Source of the DNA: Longimicrobiales bacterium
Lineage (GTDB): Bacteria; Gemmatimonadota; Gemmatimonadetes; Longimicrobiales; Gaopeijiaceae
NCBI GenBank assembly: GCA_963664435.2
Contig: CAXXKM010000003.1
Location: 256,001 to 320,000 of the forward strand
Direction: 5' to 3'
Length of the DNA: 64,000 nucleotides
Shown here piece by piece: positions 20,314 to 32,157 of the stretch. Below the pieces are notes generated by a model. It did not search any database. It was not told the DNA's origin and worked only from the letters and a program-made list of their open reading frames with translations. Within the stretch, counting starts at the first letter, position 1, and every line of letters begins with the position of its first letter. The translations under genes were made by a program, and so were the position numbers.

Positions 20314-21336
20314 TCAGCTGGCCCGGGACGTAACCGGTTGGGGAGGCGCGCGCCTGACCCGGGACGGCGTCGGTTCGGCTTCCTTGGCGGTCGACGGCTT
20401 TGCGGGCGCTTCGGGCGAAGGCGATTCGGCCTCATCACGCTCCGGCTTTCTGACCAGCACACGGGCCTTCCTGACTCGCTTCGGCGAATCCCCGGCACCG
20501 CCGCCTTTCTGGCGTCCGACGATGACGCCCGGACGGGGCCGCCGGCGCGCGCGCCGGCGCGGGTGCTCCTCCACCGCGGCCGCCTTCTCGCCTGTTTCCG
20601 TCGAATACGTCGTGGCCTCCAGGTCCTCCACCCGACGGCGTTCCTCCTCCGGCACCTCTTCCCTGGCCTGGATGATCGCCTCGGCGATGGCGCCGCTGAT
20701 CAGGCTGACCGAGCGTATGGCGTCGTCGTTCCCCGGAATCGGGTAGGTAATGAGGTCCGGATCGGCGTTGGTGTCGGCGATGGCGATGACCGGGATGCCG
20801 AGTCGGTGGGCTTCCCTGACCGCAATCGCTTCCCGGCGCGCGTCGACCACGAAGACGGCACCCGGGAGCCGGGCCATGTCCTTCACCCCGGAAAAGTACT
20901 TCTCCAGCTTCACCCGCTCCCGCTCGAGCAGAAGGCGCTCCTTCTTGGTGTAGAACTCGAAGGCGTTTTCCTCCTGCCCCCGCTCCAGTTCCTTCAGGCG
21001 GCGGATCTGGCGCCGGATGGTCTGGAAGTTGGTGAGCATGCCACCCAGCCAGCGCTCCGTCACGAACAGGCTTAGGGACCGGGCGGCGTCCTCTTCGATG
21101 ATTCCGCGCAACTGTGGCTTGGTGCAGACGAACAGGAGGCGTTCGCCCGCAAGGACCAGTTGGCGTGCGACCTTCTGGGCCGCGATCAGCCGGTCGAAGG
21201 TCTTGCGCAGGTCGATGATGTGGATCCCGTTCCGCTCCGTGAAGATGAAGCGGCGCATCTTGGGGTTCCATCGGCGAGTCTGGTGTCCGAAATGGACCCC
21301 GGCCTCAAGCATTTGGTTCAGAGAAACCTGCTCCAT
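20314..21336 (-). CDS. rpsB: 30S ribosomal protein S2 with long C-terminal tail
   Basis: [32 protein letters not shown] and PGNDDAIRS. Confidence 0.98.
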   Translation of the reverse strand: MEQVSLNQMLEAGVHFGHQTRRWNPKMRRFIFTERNGIHIIDLRKTFDRLIAAQKVARQLVLAGERLLFVCTKPQLRGIIEEDAARSLSLFVTERWLGGMLTNFQTIRRQIRRLKELERGQEENAFEFYTKKERLLLERERVKLEKYFSGVKDMARLPGAVFVVDARREAIAVREAHRLGIPVIAIADTNADPDLITYPIPGNDDAIRSVSLISGAIAEAIIQAREEVPEEERRRVEDLEATTYSTETGEKAAAVEEHPRRRARRRPRPGVIVGRQKGGGAGDSPKRVRKARVLVRKPERDEAESPSPEAPAKPSTAKEAEPTPSRVRRAPPQPVTSRAS

Positions 21337-21359
21337 GCGTCTCCAGGCAGTCGTCGGGT

Positions 21360-21755
21360 TTATCGCTTGCTGAACTGGAAGCGCTTGCGGGCCTTGGGAC
21401 GGCCGGGCTTCTTGCGCTCCACCTTGCGCGGATCACGTGAGAGGAACCCGCCCTGGCGAAGCGGGCCCAGGGCGTCTTCGTCCTCTTCCACCAGCGCGCG
21501 CGCCACGCCCAGGCGGATGGCGTCGGCCTGACCGGTCACCCCGCCTCCGTGCACGCGAACAACAACGTCGAAGCGGGCGTCGGCGTCAACGACCTGCATC
21601 GGTTCGGTGGCGCGCTTGCGATGCACCAGCCGCGGAAAATAGTCGTCCAGTTCCCGGCCGTTGACCAGCCAGCTTCCGGTCCCCGGCCGCAGCATGATGC
21701 GCGCGACGCTGGTCTTGCGCCGGCCTACCGCCTGGATCTGCTGTACGTATGGCAA
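21360..21755 (-). CDS. rpsI: 30S ribosomal protein S9
   Basis: [17 protein letters not shown] and [22 protein letters not shown]. Likely TTG start at 21755. Confidence 0.96.
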   Translation of the reverse strand: MPYVQQIQAVGRRKTSVARIMLRPGTGSWLVNGRELDDYFPRLVHRKRATEPMQVVDADARFDVVVRVHGGGVTGQADAIRLGVARALVEEDEDALGPLRQGGFLSRDPRKVERKKPGRPKARKRFQFSKR

Positions 21756-21769
21756 TGAACCCCTGACCC

Positions 21770-22198
21770 TCAGAACGTTAGTGGGCGCGGACGCTGCCCA
21801 TGATGGGGATGCTCGGCTCCCGCGTAGACGCGCAGCCGCCGCCGGAGCCGGCGACCCAGCCGCGCCTTCGGGAGCATGCCGCGAACGGCGCGCTCGATCA
21901 CCCGCTCGGGATACCGCTCCAGCATCGTCTTGAAGGGAATATGGCGCTCGCCGCCCATATAGCCGGAGTGACGGAAGTACGTCTTCTGCGCGGCCTTGTT
22001 GCCGGTGAGCTTCACCTGGGCGGCGTTGATCACCACCACGTTGTCTCCCGTGTCCAGGTGGGGCGTGAAGATGGGCTTGTGCTTGCCGCGCAGCACGCGT
22101 GCGATCTGCGCCGCGAGGCGCCCCAATGGCTGTTCCGCCGCATCGACGACCCACCACTGGTGCTCGATGTCGCTCGCCTTGGGCGTATATGTCTTCAC
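21770..22198 (-). CDS. rplM: 50S ribosomal protein L13
   Basis: WWVVDAAEQPLGRLA, GKHKPIFTPHLDTGD and AVRGMLPK. Confidence 0.98.
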   Translation of the reverse strand: MKTYTPKASDIEHQWWVVDAAEQPLGRLAAQIARVLRGKHKPIFTPHLDTGDNVVVINAAQVKLTGNKAAQKTYFRHSGYMGGERHIPFKTMLERYPERVIERAVRGMLPKARLGRRLRRRLRVYAGAEHPHHGQRPRPLTF

Positions 22199-22288
22199 GT
22201 ACGGTTCACCCGCGATTTTCCGGGGAGACGTCCCTCCGCGGCCTCGCCCTCGCGTCGAGTTCCACGGAGTAGGGCAACAAAGCAGTCA

Positions 22289-22317
22289 AGGGTATCAGAG
22301 AGGCCGCATGGTGTCAA
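22289..22317 (-). promoter_or_regulatory. sigma70-type promoter of the rplM-rpsI-rpsB-tsf operon
   Basis: Minus strand reads TTGACA-17 nt-TACCCT, about 90 nt upstream of rplM. Confidence 0.65.
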
Positions 22318-22336
22318 CCAGCGATCTCCGCCGCGG

Positions 22337-23131
22337 CTAGCGGACGAGCCCGCCGATCCTGCCCCAGCGCACCTCCTTCAGCCACGCGGCCTCCTCATCG
22401 GATGACGGGTCGAAGGAATAGTAGACGAACCAGGGCCGTCCGCGCACCGAATCCCGGTCGACAAACCCCCAGTAGCGTGAGTCCTCGCTGTTGTCCCGGT
22501 TGTCCCCGAGGACGAAGTAGCTGTCCTCAGGGACCCGGATCGGACCCCAGTTGTCCCGCGTCGGCCGGTAGGACGCCGGATCGCGGCCGTCGGTGAGGAA
22601 ATCCGCCTGCCACCCCATGTCGGGGTGGAACTCGTCACGCCTCGGATCGACGTGCCGGACATACGGCTCGTCATGCGCGAGGTGGTTCAGGTACAGCTTC
22701 TTGGCCCGCATCTCCAGCACATCCCCCGGCGTCCCGACCACGCGCTTCACATAGTTCTTTCCGGAGTCGTGCGGAGGCGTGAACACGATGACGTCGCCCC
22801 GCTCGAGTGCCGCGAAAGCCGGAAAGTGCAGCGATGTCCCCGGAACCCCGGCACCGTACACCGCCTTGTTGACCACCAGAAAGTCTCCCACCAGCAGGGT
22901 GTTTTCCATGGACGCGGTGGGAATCTTGAAGGCTTCCACCACAAACGCCCGGATGACCAGGAAGAGCGCGAATGCGATCAGAACCGACCGGCACCACTCC
23001 CACGCCGTCCGGGCCAGCGACTTCACGGGTCCCCCCGCCGCGGGCCCGGCGTCGCGTCCGTCATCCTTCGCCCCGTCCCCGGTCCGCAACGGATCCCCGC
23101 CCCTTGCGGGCCCGTCCCCCGACTGTCTCAC
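22337..23131 (-). CDS. lepB: signal peptidase I
   Basis: IPTASMENTLLVGD (catalytic Ser), YVKRVVG (Lys) and GDNRDNSEDSRYWG. Confidence 0.96.
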   Translation of the reverse strand: MRQSGDGPARGGDPLRTGDGAKDDGRDAGPAAGGPVKSLARTAWEWCRSVLIAFALFLVIRAFVVEAFKIPTASMENTLLVGDFLVVNKAVYGAGVPGTSLHFPAFAALERGDVIVFTPPHDSGKNYVKRVVGTPGDVLEMRAKKLYLNHLAHDEPYVRHVDPRRDEFHPDMGWQADFLTDGRDPASYRPTRDNWGPIRVPEDSYFVLGDNRDNSEDSRYWGFVDRDSVRGRPWFVYYSFDPSSDEEAAWLKEVRWGRIGGLVR

Positions 23132-24483
23132 GACTCCCGCTCCAGCCCGTACTTGTTGATCTTCTTGTAGAGGTTGGATCGGGGCATGCCCACCGACCGG
23201 GCGGTCTCGGTGATGTTCCAGTCGTGCTCGCGCAGCTTGTGCTCGATGAACGTCCGCTCCGCACGGTCCTTGAAATCCGCGAAGGAGGGAGAGGCCAGCA
23301 GTTCTCGGACGACCGCGCCCGGGCTGCCTCCCGAGAGCACTCGAACGTCCTTCGTCCGGATCTCGTCGCCGTCCGACAGAATCAGGAAGCGCTCCACGGC
23401 GTTGCGCAACTGGCGTACGTTGCCCGGCCAGTCCATCCCCTTGAGCCGGTTCAGCGCACCTTCCGTCAAGTGTTTTCGGGATGCCCGTCCGGTCCGCACC
23501 ATCAGCGTGGTGAAGTGCTTCACGAGCATGGGAATGTCGTCCCGTCGCTCGCGGAGCGGAGGAAGTTCGATGGGAACGACGTTGAGGCGATAGTAGAGAT
23601 CCTCGCGGAACCGGTCGTTCCTGATTTCTTCCGCAAGGTCCTTGTTGGTGGCCGCGATGACGCGCACGTCCACCCGCAGGGGCCGGGAGCCTCCCACGCG
23701 GACCACGACGCCCTCCTCGAGGACGCGCAGCACTTTTGCCTGGGCCGCGAAGGACATGTCTCCGATCTCGTCCAGGAAGAGCGTGCCGCCGTCCGCCTGC
23801 TCGAACTTCCCGGCGCGATCCGCCACCGCGCCGGTGAAGGACCCCTTCATGTGGCCGAAGAGCTCGGATTCGATGAGCTCGGAGGGGATCGCGGCGCAGT
23901 TCACTTCCACGAAAGGCCGGTCGCGCCGGTCCGAGAGCCTGTGCACCGCCCGGGCCACCAGCTCCTTCCCCGTGCCGTTTTCGCCGGTGATGAGCACGCG
24001 CGCCCGGGTCGGAGCCACCTTCTCGATGCGCATCAGCATCTGACGAATCTGGGGCGAGGAGCCGACGATTTCATATCGGCTCTCCACCTCGGTCTGAAGC
24101 GATTCGACGCTGCGCTTGAGCCCGTGCATGTCCAGAGCGTTGCGCAGGGTGACGAAGAGGCGTGCCGTGTCGAGGGGCTTCTCCAGGAAGTCGTAGGCGC
24201 CCCTGCGGGTGGCCTCCACGGCGGTATCGATGTTCCCGTGGCCGCTGATCATGATCACGGGCGTACGGGAGTCCAGCTTCCGCATCCTCGTGAGGACTTC
24301 CAGGCCGTCCATTTCCGGCATCTTGACGTCGAGAAAGACGACATCGGGGTTGTCCTCGACGAGTCGCTCGAGGCCGACGGGGCCGTTGGGCGCGACGATC
24401 ACGCGGTGCGACTCGTATTCGAAGACCTGGCGCAGGGCGCCGCTGACCGAGGCATCGTCGTCGACGATGAGGATGGTTGCCAT
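23128..24483 (-). CDS. sigma54-dependent response regulator (NtrC/NtrX family)
   Basis: REC domain (FLDVKMP), [36 protein letters not shown] and a Fis-type HTH. Confidence 0.95.
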   Translation of the reverse strand: MATILIVDDDASVSGALRQVFEYESHRVIVAPNGPVGLERLVEDNPDVVFLDVKMPEMDGLEVLTRMRKLDSRTPVIMISGHGNIDTAVEATRRGAYDFLEKPLDTARLFVTLRNALDMHGLKRSVESLQTEVESRYEIVGSSPQIRQMLMRIEKVAPTRARVLITGENGTGKELVARAVHRLSDRRDRPFVEVNCAAIPSELIESELFGHMKGSFTGAVADRAGKFEQADGGTLFLDEIGDMSFAAQAKVLRVLEEGVVVRVGGSRPLRVDVRVIAATNKDLAEEIRNDRFREDLYYRLNVVPIELPPLRERRDDIPMLVKHFTTLMVRTGRASRKHLTEGALNRLKGMDWPGNVRQLRNAVERFLILSDGDEIRTKDVRVLSGGSPGAVVRELLASPSFADFKDRAERTFIEHKLREHDWNITETARSVGMPRSNLYKKINKYGLERES

Positions 24484-24530
24484 GGGGCCGTGTCAGGAGC
24501 GGAGCACCGGGAATCTCGCGGGGATCGTGG

Positions 24531-25118
24531 TCATCGGGCGCCGGACTGCGCCGATTCCGCCGGCTTGAGCGCCGCGGAGGACAGGACGCTGTAGCGCGGC
24601 CCCGCGCGGGAGAGGTGACTGCGCATGAGCTCCACGGTGGTCACGTCGATGCGATGGCGGAAACCGAGGTCGGCAACCAGCGCGTCCAGTCCCCTGAAGG
24701 CGCCGGCGCCGGTCTCCGGGCTGGCGCGGCCCACGGTGATGTGAGGATGGAAGGCGCTCGTTTCCCTGTTGAAGCCCAGGCTCGCCAGCCCCCACTCCAC
24801 GTCCTGCTTGAGACACCGAAGGGCGAGAACCGGTTCGACTCCCGCCCAAAGCACCCTTGGGCGGCGAATCGTGGGAAAGGCGCCGAAACCACGGATCTCC
24901 ATCGAGAAAGGCCGGCTCTTGCCTCCGACCTCGTCGATCGCCGCCGACACGCGGGGCGTCAGGTCCGGGTGCGGGTTGCCCAGGAACTTCAGGGTCAGGT
25001 GGTACGTGGCGGGATCCAGCCAACGCACGGGCAGACCCGCTTCCCTGAGGGGTCGAGCCGCGTCGTAAACGCCTTCCTTCGCGCCATCGGACAGATTCAG
25101 CGCGATGAAAAGTCGCAT
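24531..25118 (-). CDS. thpR: RNA 2',3'-cyclic phosphodiesterase (2H family)
   Basis: Start MRLFIAL at 25118; two HxT motifs ([14 protein letters not shown]) and PRVLWAG. Confidence 0.92.
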   Translation of the reverse strand: MRLFIALNLSDGAKEGVYDAARPLREAGLPVRWLDPATYHLTLKFLGNPHPDLTPRVSAAIDEVGGKSRPFSMEIRGFGAFPTIRRPRVLWAGVEPVLALRCLKQDVEWGLASLGFNRETSAFHPHITVGRASPETGAGAFRGLDALVADLGFRHRIDVTTVELMRSHLSRAGPRYSVLSSAALKPAESAQSGAR

Positions 25119-25388
25119 GCGGGACTCGAAGGCGTGGGTGGCCGGAGATTGTTGCGGGAACGCGTCGCTGCGCGGCGCTTGTCGCCAAGCGGCAATCAAT
25201 GTACCGGCAACCGCAGGACCGAATCAAGGAAATCACCGTCCCGCCACGGCTCACCATCAGTGCCTATTCCCAAATCACCCCGCCGGGGGGATCTTTCTGA
25301 CGCACCCGCGCGGAACGCCGATGTTGTTGCGCGAGGAATCCCGCGGCGTCCCACGCCAGCGCCCCGAAACCATGGAATACTTCAACCG

Positions 25389-27287
<1,899 letters not shown>

Positions 27288-27343
27288 TACGGGGCACCGG
27301 AGATGCCGCAGGACCGGTTCCGCACAACATCGAGGAGACCACG

Positions 27344-28498
27344 ATGACGATGCACACAGCGAGAAGCGCCGGCGTCGAGACGGCTGCGCGCGGCAGCGTT
27401 CAGCGGGACCGGCGGCAGGCGAGGAGGACCGGGCGATCGCGGTCGTGCGGGACGGCGCCCGTCGCCGTCCTTCTGGTGGCCATCGGTCTTCTCGCCACCT
27501 CCCTTGAAGCCCAGAATCCGCCGTTCAGGTCCTATGGCGGTTCCAGCGTTTCGTTTGATGCGCGGGTGCACGCGCAGTACGAGGCGCCGACCGCCGAGGG
27601 CGCCGTCTCGTCGTTCTCCATGCGGCGCGCCTGGATCACCCTGGACGGACGCTACAACGACTTCGTCGGCGGCCGCCTCCAGTTCGAAGCCCTCCGCGGG
27701 GGGACGGTGCTGGACGCATGGCTCACGCTGAACTTCTCGGAAGCCTTCGTCCTCAACATGGGTCAGTTCAAGCGCGGAATCTCCTACTTCTGGCTGGTTC
27801 CGAACTCCGACCTGCCCCTCATCGAACGCGACGCCAGGGTGTCGGGCGTCGATGACTGCCCGGGAATCGGCGGGGTCTGTTCCTTCGGCAACCTGGCGTT
27901 CCGGCTCGGCCTGAACGGGTACGAGCCCGGGTTGCTGATGTCGGGCCGCCTCGGCAGCCGCGCGAGCTATCGCGTGACGCTCACCAACGGGGAGGGCATC
28001 GACAACCGGGATGTGAACAACTGGAAGTCGACCACCACCCAGCTGTCCTTCGACCTCACCGACGCCAGCCGTTTCGCAGCCTACGCCTCATTCGACGAGA
28101 CCCATTTCGACCACGGGTCGGCCTGGACCCCGGCGTACGGTCTGGAGTTCGAGGCAGGCACGTGGCGCGATGGAGGCCACCTGCTGCTGGGGGCTATCCG
28201 GGGGCGGAACTGGAAGGTGGGCCAGGATACCCCGTTCACGGCGCTTCAGGCGATGGGGCTCTGGTATGCTCAGCTGCCGGAAACCGCCCGATTCGAAGCC
28301 ATCGAGCCCCTGCTGCGCCTGAGTTGGGCCACCACCGCGGATGCCGATGGCGAGGACTTTTCGGGCCTCACGATCACCCCGGGATTCATGCTGTACGCGT
28401 TCGGAAAGAACGGGATATCCACCAACCTGGACATCTACCGTTCATCGCGCGACCGCACCGAGTTGTCGCTCAAGGTCCAGGCGTTCACGTACTTCTAG
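27344..28498 (+). CDS. outer-membrane porin (OprO/OprP-like)
   Basis: GAGGAG RBS then ATG at 27344; signal peptide; FSMRRAWITLDG, LDAWL...MGQFK, TNGEG; alternating beta strands and terminal Phe. Confidence 0.75.
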   Translation: MTMHTARSAGVETAARGSVQRDRRQARRTGRSRSCGTAPVAVLLVAIGLLATSLEAQNPPFRSYGGSSVSFDARVHAQYEAPTAEGAVSSFSMRRAWITLDGRYNDFVGGRLQFEALRGGTVLDAWLTLNFSEAFVLNMGQFKRGISYFWLVPNSDLPLIERDARVSGVDDCPGIGGVCSFGNLAFRLGLNGYEPGLLMSGRLGSRASYRVTLTNGEGIDNRDVNNWKSTTTQLSFDLTDASRFAAYASFDETHFDHGSAWTPAYGLEFEAGTWRDGGHLLLGAIRGRNWKVGQDTPFTALQAMGLWYAQLPETARFEAIEPLLRLSWATTADADGEDFSGLTITPGFMLYAFGKNGISTNLDIYRSSRDRTELSLKVQAFTYF

Positions 28499-28660
28499 CC
28501 GGCACCGAAATCGAGAGAACCGGGTGCCCGGCAACCGCCGCCGGAGCGAAGGGAAAGCGCGCGGGCTACGCGCCTGGATGGGGAAAGGGACCGGCCAGCA
28601 GGAAGCGCGTCGCGCCAGCAGGGACCGGTGGCTGGGTCGAGCCCCGGGTCCCGTAATCCT

Positions 28661-28993
28661 TCAGAAGCTCTCGATCGCCTGCTCGACGGTGTCGCGGACC
28701 GTCATGATTCGCGTAAACCCGCTGACCTCAAGAACCTCCCGGACGTGGTCCTGCACCTGGCACAGCGCGACTCCCCCACCCTGGGCACGGGTCTTCTTGA
28801 CGGCGAGAAGGAGAATGCGCAGGCCGGCGCTGCTGATGTACGACAGCTCGCCGCAATCCACGACCAGGCGGCTGGAACCGCCCTCCATGGCCTTGCTCAA
28901 CTCCTGTTCGAAGGAGGTCGCGTTTACCGAATCAACGCGGCCGCTTACGGCCGCGATCACGGCGTCCCCGGACTGACTGGCTGTGACTTTCAC
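28661..28993 (-). CDS. STAS-domain anti-sigma factor antagonist (RsbV/SpoIIAA-like)
   Basis: SGRVDSVNA, VDCGELSYISSAGLR (phospho-acceptor Ser motif) and VREVLEVSGF. GTG start at 28993. Confidence 0.9.
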   Translation of the reverse strand: MKVTASQSGDAVIAAVSGRVDSVNATSFEQELSKAMEGGSSRLVVDCGELSYISSAGLRILLLAVKKTRAQGGGVALCQVQDHVREVLEVSGFTRIMTVRDTVEQAIESF

Positions 28994-29015
28994 CGATTTG
29001 GATCCCCTGTCGCGC

Positions 29016-29435
29016 CTACAGCGGCTGTGTGAGGGTAAGACAATTTCGATTTTTCTCGCGTCGATAGGATATGTCGTGAACGAGGTTCTTGGCAAGGTGG
29101 ATTCCGAGCCCACCGATCGGTCGCTCGTCCACGGGCAGCGTGAAATCCGGGAGCGGTGCGTCGGCAAGCGGATTGAAGGAGCTGCCGTTGTCTTCGATGC
29201 GGATTACCAGGAGGTCGTCCCCCAACCCGAAGTCGACGCGGACCCTCGGTTCCCCGCGTATTCCTTCGAAGCCGTATGAGATGACGTTGGTGAGGATTTC
29301 GTCCAGAGCCAGACAGAACCTCTGCACCACGACGTCGCTTACGCCGTTGGCCGTGGCAAAGCGCTCAAAAACCTCCACGACCCTGCGAGGCTCGTGCTGG
29401 TCCGTCCCCACATCAATCCCGAGCGTGACATCCAT
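29016..29435 (-). CDS. anti-sigma factor / Ser kinase (RsbW/SpoIIAB-like HATPase)
   Basis: LALDEILTNVISYG, IEDNGSSFNP and RPIGGLGIHL. Confidence 0.9.
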   Translation of the reverse strand: MDVTLGIDVGTDQHEPRRVVEVFERFATANGVSDVVVQRFCLALDEILTNVISYGFEGIRGEPRVRVDFGLGDDLLVIRIEDNGSSFNPLADAPLPDFTLPVDERPIGGLGIHLAKNLVHDISYRREKNRNCLTLTQPL

Positions 29436-29788
29436 GTGTCGTTCCGCCGCTGTGTCCCCAACGACTACGCCATTCTCCTCTGTTCCACGCCTGCATCAAT
29501 GCCGACTGATTCCGCTTGCTGACGCCCCCGGATTTGCCAGCCTAACAACCTATCACGGAAGGCTCGGTTGCGCATCCCTCGACGGTCCGGGACCGCCATG
29601 ACCCGGAGGCGAAGCGAAACAGAACCGGACCTCCGGCAATCCCGGGACGCAGGCAAGCAACGTTCGTTGTTGCCAACGGGCTCGCAACGAGTAGTTTTGG
29701 GCGACGCCAACGCCCGATCAGACTCCCGCGCCGGACCGACGCCGGCCCAGCGGAAGGAATCGGGATCCCTGCCCTCCCGGGAGGACGT

Positions 29789-30940
29789 ATGAAGAAGATT
29801 CTTGTGGTGGACGACGAGCCGGATCTCGAGCTTCTGCTCAGGCAGAAGTTCCGGCGCAAGGTGCGCCGGCGCGAGATCGAGCTCGTGTTCGCCAGCAACG
29901 GTGTCGAAGCGCTGGACAAGCTGAACCAGCAGGAAGACATCGACATGGTGCTGTCGGACATCAACATGCCGGAGATGGACGGGCTGACGCTTCTCAGCCA
30001 GATCAACTCCCTGGACCTGGACCTGCGCGCGGTGATCGTTACCGCGTACGGCGACATGGAGAACATCCGCACCGCCATGAATCGCGGCGCGTTCGACTTT
30101 CTCACCAAGCCGATCAACTTCGACGATCTCGAAACCACGATCGACAAAACGATCCGGCACCTGCAGGTGATGCGTGACGCCCTGCGGTCTCGCGACGAGC
30201 TGGTCGCCCTGCGCCAGGAGCTCGGGGTGGCGGCGCAGATGCAGGACTCGATTCTGCCCAAGGTCTTCCCGGAGCATCCCCGGTACGGCCTGTACGCATG
30301 GATGACCCCGGCCAAGGAAGTGGGCGGTGACTTCTACGACTTCTTCCCGGTGGAGGACGGCGGGTTTGCCGTGGTGGTCGCGGACGTCTCCGGCAAGGGG
30401 GTGCCGGCCGCGCTGTTCATGATGGTGAGTCGGACCCTGGTGAAGGGATCCGCCCTTGGCGAACGTGAGCCTGTAAAGTGTATAACCGAGGTCAACCAGC
30501 TACTCTACGAACAGAACAAGGAATCGATGTTCGTAACCATGTTCTACGCGGTGCTCGATCCGACATCGGGGCTTCTGCAATACGTGAACGGAGGCCACAA
30601 CCTCCCCTGTCTGGTCAAGCCGTCGGGCGAGGTGACCTGGCTGCCGGGGGACAGCGGCATCGTCCTCGGCGTGATCGACGAGTTTCCCTATCAGCAACAC
30701 TCGATGCAACTGGAGGAGGGCGACGTCGTCTTCTTCTACACGGACGGCGTGACCGAAGCGATGGACGAGGCTGGAAACCAGTTCGGGGACGACACGCTGC
30801 TGGACGTCCTGAGGAACGCGGCCGGCACCAACCCCGAGGACATGACGCGCCGGGTGGTCGATGCCGTGCACGAGCACGCGGGCGGCGCGCCCCAATCCGA
30901 CGACCTGACCTGCCTGGCGCTCCGATACGGAGGGGACTGA
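29789..30940 (+). CDS. response regulator receiver fused to PP2C/SpoIIE phosphatase
   Basis: REC domain (VVDDE, LSDINMP, TAYG, FLTKP); SpoIIE motifs EVGGDFYD, ADVSGKG, YTDGVTEA and SDDLT. Confidence 0.95.
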   Translation: MKKILVVDDEPDLELLLRQKFRRKVRRREIELVFASNGVEALDKLNQQEDIDMVLSDINMPEMDGLTLLSQINSLDLDLRAVIVTAYGDMENIRTAMNRGAFDFLTKPINFDDLETTIDKTIRHLQVMRDALRSRDELVALRQELGVAAQMQDSILPKVFPEHPRYGLYAWMTPAKEVGGDFYDFFPVEDGGFAVVVADVSGKGVPAALFMMVSRTLVKGSALGEREPVKCITEVNQLLYEQNKESMFVTMFYAVLDPTSGLLQYVNGGHNLPCLVKPSGEVTWLPGDSGIVLGVIDEFPYQQHSMQLEEGDVVFFYTDGVTEAMDEAGNQFGDDTLLDVLRNAAGTNPEDMTRRVVDAVHEHAGGAPQSDDLTCLALRYGGD

Positions 30941-32157
30941 TGGGACGCGGGACAGGGTTCCGGGGAGGGAAACCGGCGACCCATGCCCGGGAGCCTCGCT
31001 ACGCCGCGTTCGGAGTATTCCTGGCCATCGCGGTCTGCCTCCTCCCGGCCTCGCCGCTGCCAGCTCAATCCGAAGCGGAGGGCGTCTTTCCGGACTCGAT
31101 CGTGTTCGGACAGTCGGCCGCCTTCACGGGCCCCACGAGCGAACTCGGATCGAACATGAGGCTCGGGATACTCGCCGCGTTCGAGGAAGCCAACCGGCAG
31201 GGCGGGGTTCGGGGCCGGATGTTGCGGCTTCATTCGCGTGACGACGGATACGAGCCCGAAGCCGCTTCCGACAACACGCACGCGCTCATCGCCGAGGGAG
31301 TGTTCGGACTGGTGGGCGCGGTCGGGACTCCCACCTCCACCGCGGCGGAACCGGTCGCGACCGCCGGGGGCGTACCCTACATCGGGCCGTTTACGGGAGC
31401 GGAATTCCTGCGGGAGCGGCACGACTTCGTGGTCAACCTGCGCGCGTCCTATTTCCAGGAAACCGAGGAGATGGTCGAGCGCCTCACCACGGACCTGGGC
31501 TATACGCGCTTTGCGGTCCTGTACCAGGACGACAACTACGGCAACGCCGGGCTGACCGGCGTGCGCCGTGCGCTGGGAAGACGCGACATGGTGCTGGTCG
31601 CCGAGGGCGCATACGTCCGCAACACCACCGCCGTGAAACGGGCTCTGCTCGACATCCGGGAGGGCAACCCCCAGGCGGTGATCATCATCGGCGCCTATCA
31701 GCCCGCGGCCACGTTCATCAGGTGGGCGCGCCGCATCGGCGTGAACGCCATCTTCGTGAACATCTCGTTCGTGGGCAGCAACGCGCTGCTGAACGAGCTG
31801 GGGACGGCGGGCGAGGGTGTCGTGGTCACGCAGGTGGTCCCCTTCCCCCAGGACACATCCGTTCCCGTCGTGGCCCGCTACCACGAGGCCCTGGAAGTGG
31901 TGGACCCGGATGCGAGCCCCGGCTTCGTCTCGCTCGAGGGCTACCTGGCGGGGCTTCTGATCGTCGAGGGACTGGACAGGACCGGCTCCGAACCGACCCG
32001 GGAGAGCTTCCTCCAGACGTTGCGCGAGGCAGGGCCCCTCGATCTGGGCGGTTTCGAGGTCGAGTACGGCGTGCGCGACAACCAGGGATCCGACCGCGTG
32101 TTCCTGACCCGGATCCAGGCGGGCCGTTTCCGGGCCATGGAGCGGCTGTCGCGATGA
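30940..32157 (+). CDS. periplasmic binding protein type 1 (leucine-binding-like family)
   Basis: Signal peptide; FGQSAAFTGP, DDGYEP, GAVGTP, RASYFQE and YQDDNYG. ATG overlaps the upstream stop. Confidence 0.88.
   Translation: MGRGTGFRGGKPATHAREPRYAAFGVFLAIAVCLLPASPLPAQSEAEGVFPDSIVFGQSAAFTGPTSELGSNMRLGILAAFEEANRQGGVRGRMLRLHSRDDGYEPEAASDNTHALIAEGVFGLVGAVGTPTSTAAEPVATAGGVPYIGPFTGAEFLRERHDFVVNLRASYFQETEEMVERLTTDLGYTRFAVLYQDDNYGNAGLTGVRRALGRRDMVLVAEGAYVRNTTAVKRALLDIREGNPQAVIIIGAYQPAATFIRWARRIGVNAIFVNISFVGSNALLNELGTAGEGVVVTQVVPFPQDTSVPVVARYHEALEVVDPDASPGFVSLEGYLAGLLIVEGLDRTGSEPTRESFLQTLREAGPLDLGGFEVEYGVRDNQGSDRVFLTRIQAGRFRAMERLSR

Noticed and set aside
24477..25388. The 936 aa ORF containing fhs is about the length of eukaryotic trifunctional C1-THF synthase
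   Set aside because: The extra N-terminal ~300 aa is antisense to thpR plus intergenic DNA and shows no FolD motifs; the length match is coincidental.
25119..25388. Possible THF or ZMP/ZTP riboswitch upstream of fhs
   Set aside because: I could not find the conserved core motifs by eye; an Rfam/Infernal scan would settle it.
29436..29788. Hairpins and a GGGACGCA segment in the divergent spacer, suggesting a c-di-GMP-I riboswitch or sRNA
   Set aside because: The GGCAAAC/GAAA P2 stem and GCAAAGC junction are missing, and short stems are expected at this GC content.
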